Part shown: piece by piece, positions 60,891-64,000 of the stretch
Position numbering within the stretch: the first letter of the stretch is position 1
How the letters are laid out: every line of letters starts with the position of its first letter
DNA from: an uncultured Acidimicrobiia bacterium
GTDB taxonomy: Bacteria; Actinomycetota; Acidimicrobiia; Acidimicrobiales; AC-14
DNA length: 64,000 nt
Direction of reading: 5' to 3'
Assembly (NCBI GenBank): GCA_963836205.1
Contig: CAWIIV010000011.1
Location: 96,001 to 160,000, forward strand
The notes under the pieces: model-generated
Databases searched by the model: none
What the model was told of the DNA's origin: nothing
Seen by the model: the letters and a program-made list of their open reading frames with translations, nothing else
Made by a program: the position numbers and the translations under genes

Positions 60891-62423
60891 ATGCTTCTGA
60901 CCGCAGCCATCTTCCTGCCGGTGATCGGCGCTGCCCTGCTGGGGGTGATTCCGGGGAAGCAGGAGAAAGCGCTCAAGGCGGCGGCCCTGCTGACCACGCT
61001 GGCCACGCTGGTGCTGGGGGTGTTCATCACCGTCGGGTTCGACTTCGGGCGCTCGGGCGCCATGCAGTTCACCGCCGACGAGCGGTGGATCGACGTGATC
61101 AACAGCCGCTACCACATCGGCATCGACGGCATCTCGCTCCCTCTGCTCCTCCTGTCGATGGTGATCACGCTCCTGTGCGTCATCTACTCCTGGGACCACT
61201 TCCCCGAGCCCAAGAACCCCAAGGCCTTCCTGATCCTCATGCTCCTGCTGGAGACGGGGATGAACGGCACCTTCGCGGCCCAGGACCTGATCCTGTTCTT
61301 CGTCTTCTTCGAGCTGGTCCTGCTGCCCATGTACTTCATGATCGGCGTGTGGGGCGGGCCCAACCGGCAGTACGCGGCGATCAAGTTCTTCCTGTTCACC
61401 CTGTTCGGGTCGGCCCTGATGATCCTGGGCTTCCTCGCCCTCTACTTCAAGGGCGGCAACACCTTCGACATCCCCGAGCTCATGGCGTCGGGACCCGACA
61501 TCGCCCGCAGCACCCAGATGCTCATCTTCGGCGGACTGTTCATGGGCTTCGCCATCAAGGTGCCGATGTTCCCGTTCCACACCTGGCTCCCCGACGCCCA
61601 TACCGAGGCCCCCACCGTGGGCTCGGTGATCCTGGCCGCGGTCCTCCTGAAGCTGGGCGTGTACGGCTTCATCCGCATCGCCATCCCGATCCTCCCCGAG
61701 GCGGCCCGGGCGTGGGCCCCCTGGATCGGTGGGCTGGCTGTCATCGGCATCATCTACGGCGCCCTCGGGTGCCTGGCCCAGAAGGACATGAAACGGCTCA
61801 TCGCCTTCTCGTCGGTGGCCCACATGGGCTTCGTGATGCTGGGCGTGGCCACCCTCACCAACTTCGGGATCAACGCCGCCGTCTTCGGGATGGTGGCCCA
61901 CGGCCTCATCACCGGGATGCTGTTCTTCATCGCGGGCTCGATCCAGGAGCGGTTCGGCACCCGGGAGATCGCCCGCCTCGGGGGCCTGCTGACCCAGGCG
62001 CCCCACCTGGGCTGGATCCTCGGCTTCTGCGTCTTCGCGTCCCTGGGCCTTCCCGGCCTGGCCGGGTTCTGGGGTGAGTTCCCCGCCATCCTGGCCGCCT
62101 ACGAGCCGGCTGCCGGCCTCAACGAGGGCCTGTTCCGGGCCTACATGGTGATCGCCGCCATCGGCACTGTCTTCGCCGCCGGCTACCTGCTGTGGATGCT
62201 CCAGCGGGTCGCGTTCGGGACGGCGCAGACCGAGTTCGAGCACTCCCACATCCACGACGTCCACGGTCCGGAGTGGATCGCGTGGACGCCCCTGCTCATC
62301 GGCATCCTCGTCTTCGGGATCTTCCCCCACCTGATCTTCGACGTCACCGACTCGGCCGTGAACGCCATCGCCGCCGGCGTCGGCGGCGCGGCCCAGGCCG
62401 CGGCCGTGGTGGCGCATCCGTGA
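60891..62423 (+). CDS. nuoM: Complex I subunit M, second copy
   Basis: GIDGIS, FFE, HTWLPDAHTEAPT, LKLGVYG. Confidence 0.95.
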   Translation: MLLTAAIFLPVIGAALLGVIPGKQEKALKAAALLTTLATLVLGVFITVGFDFGRSGAMQFTADERWIDVINSRYHIGIDGISLPLLLLSMVITLLCVIYSWDHFPEPKNPKAFLILMLLLETGMNGTFAAQDLILFFVFFELVLLPMYFMIGVWGGPNRQYAAIKFFLFTLFGSALMILGFLALYFKGGNTFDIPELMASGPDIARSTQMLIFGGLFMGFAIKVPMFPFHTWLPDAHTEAPTVGSVILAAVLLKLGVYGFIRIAIPILPEAARAWAPWIGGLAVIGIIYGALGCLAQKDMKRLIAFSSVAHMGFVMLGVATLTNFGINAAVFGMVAHGLITGMLFFIAGSIQERFGTREIARLGGLLTQAPHLGWILGFCVFASLGLPGLAGFWGEFPAILAAYEPAAGLNEGLFRAYMVIAAIGTVFAAGYLLWMLQRVAFGTAQTEFEHSHIHDVHGPEWIAWTPLLIGILVFGIFPHLIFDVTDSAVNAIAAGVGGAAQAAAVVAHP

Positions 62424-63931
62424 CGCTTCTGGCCCAAGTGGCCCAGGGCGGTTTCACCGCGCCCAGCCTCGACTACCACGCGCTGGCGCCGGAGATCGTC
62501 CTCAGCGTGGTGCTGGCGGCGGTGCTGGTGGCCGACCTGGTGCTCGACGAGACCAAGAAGTGGGTCATCCCCAGCATCGCCAGCTTCGGCCTGCTGGCCA
62601 CCTTCGTCCCCATCGTCACCCTCGCCCTCTACGGGGACGACGTGCGGTCGATGGTGGGCGGGGCCTACGTGGTCGACAACTTCGCCCTCGTGCTCAAGGC
62701 CCTGTTCATCGGCGTCGGCTACGTCGTGCTGCTGATGTCGAACACCTACATCGAGGAAGGCGACTACTACGAGGGGGAGTACTACTTCCTCCTGCTGGCC
62801 TCGATCATGGGAATGATCGTGATGGCGTCGTCGCGCGACCTCATCACCATCTTCGTGGCCCTGGAGACGCTGTCGATCCCCGCCTACATCCTGGCCGGCT
62901 GGCGCAAGCGCGACCTCAAGAGCAACGAGGCCTCGCTCAAGTACTACCTGCTCGGGGTGCTGGCGTCGGCGGTGATGCTCTACGGGATGTCGCTCATCTA
63001 CGGGTACACGGGCACGACGATCCTCACCGACATCGGGGCCCAGCTGCAGGGCGACGCCGCCCACAACCCGCTGGTCACCTTCGCCATCCTGTTCGTCATC
63101 ATCGGCTTCGCCTTCAAGGTGTCGGCGGTGCCGTTCCACTCGTGGGCGCCCGACACCTACGAGGGGGCACCCACGCCCGTCACCGCGTTCCTGTCGGTGG
63201 CGTCGAAGACGGGTGGCTTCGTCGCCCTCTTCCAGCTGGTCTTCATCGGGTTCTTCGGGCGCGACGACGTGTGGGGCCCGCTGTTCGGCGTGCTGGCGGT
63301 GCTCACCATGACCGTCGGCAACCTGGTGGCCCTGCGCCAGACCAACGTGGTCCGGCTGCTGGCCTACTCGTCGATCGCCCAGGCCGGCTACATCCTCGTC
63401 CCGCTGGCGATCGCCGGCACCAGCGCCGATGCCGCCGACAGCGCCCTCACCGCGTCGATCGTCTACCTGCTCGTCTACGCGGCCATGAACCTGGGCGCCT
63501 TCGCCGTCGTGCTGGCCGTGGCCCGCAAGACCCGGTCGGGCGAGATCTCGTCGTTCGGCGGGCTGTTCGAGTACGCCCCCGGGCTGGCCGTGCTCATGAC
63601 GATCTTCCTGTTCTCGCTGGCCGGCATCCCGCCGCTGGCGGGGGCGTGGGCCAAGATCTTCATGTTCCGGGCCGTCCTCGACGCCGGCACGAGCTGGGCG
63701 GTGGCCCTCGGCGTGGCCGCGGCCGTCAACTCGGTGATCGCCCTCTTCTACTACGCCAACATCGCCCGCCAGATGTGGATGAGCCCGGTGCCCGACGGCG
63801 ACCGCACGCCGATCACGGTGCCCACGCCGCTGGTGACCGCCCTCGGGATCACGGTGGTCGTGGTGGTCGTCGTCGGGATCTACCCGCAGCTGTTCGGGCG
63901 CTTCGGCGACCTGGCATCGCTGGTGAAGTAG
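62420..63931 (+). CDS. nuoN: Complex I subunit N, second copy
   Basis: EASLKYY, FKVSAVPFHSWAPDTYEG, RLLAYSSIAQ; GTG overlaps nuoM stop. Confidence 0.95.
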   Translation: MTLLAQVAQGGFTAPSLDYHALAPEIVLSVVLAAVLVADLVLDETKKWVIPSIASFGLLATFVPIVTLALYGDDVRSMVGGAYVVDNFALVLKALFIGVGYVVLLMSNTYIEEGDYYEGEYYFLLLASIMGMIVMASSRDLITIFVALETLSIPAYILAGWRKRDLKSNEASLKYYLLGVLASAVMLYGMSLIYGYTGTTILTDIGAQLQGDAAHNPLVTFAILFVIIGFAFKVSAVPFHSWAPDTYEGAPTPVTAFLSVASKTGGFVALFQLVFIGFFGRDDVWGPLFGVLAVLTMTVGNLVALRQTNVVRLLAYSSIAQAGYILVPLAIAGTSADAADSALTASIVYLLVYAAMNLGAFAVVLAVARKTRSGEISSFGGLFEYAPGLAVLMTIFLFSLAGIPPLAGAWAKIFMFRAVLDAGTSWAVALGVAAAVNSVIALFYYANIARQMWMSPVPDGDRTPITVPTPLVTALGITVVVVVVVGIYPQLFGRFGDLASLVK

Positions 63932-64000
63932 CCCGGGCCGTCGCCGCCCGGGCCGCCGCTTCCGGGGGGTGCCTGCGGTTCGACGAGGTGGTCGAGCTGG

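Overview
Very GC-rich actinobacterial chromosomal window (gene content and order suggest Acidimicrobiia; this is inference). Left third is mixed accessory/housekeeping: partial NB-ARC/TPR gene, stand-alone ANTAR, fused Liv-type ABC transporter, secreted PQQ sugar dehydrogenase, an ATPase-less ClpC N-domain protein, VapBC, clade-D beta-carbonic anhydrase, GAF-PAS-GGDEF-EAL protein and proC. It is followed by the rex-sirC-hemA-hemC-cobA/hemD-hemB-hemL operon. The right 37 kb is a respiratory super-cluster: divergent cytochrome c + MenJ-like reductase; an operon with two unknown membrane proteins, a 2[4Fe-4S] ferredoxin, a split b6-type Rieske/cytochrome b complex and a diheme cytochrome c running into a complete nuoA-N; then a DUF222-HNH gene and a second, 11-subunit complex I lacking nuoEFG with a toxin-antitoxin pair at the nuoEFG position. 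Read directly from the DNA: four Rex-like operators, a LexA-like box, a shared N-terminal peptide motif on two cytochrome subunits, a series of mini-ORFs that bridge intergenic gaps stop-to-start, several tandem repeats at gene junctions, and an unannotated 29-aa membrane peptide. About nine single-base frameshifts (several in homopolymer runs) are most likely long-read assembly errors. No rRNA, complete tRNA or CRISPR array seen. All functional calls come from motif recognition, not database searches.
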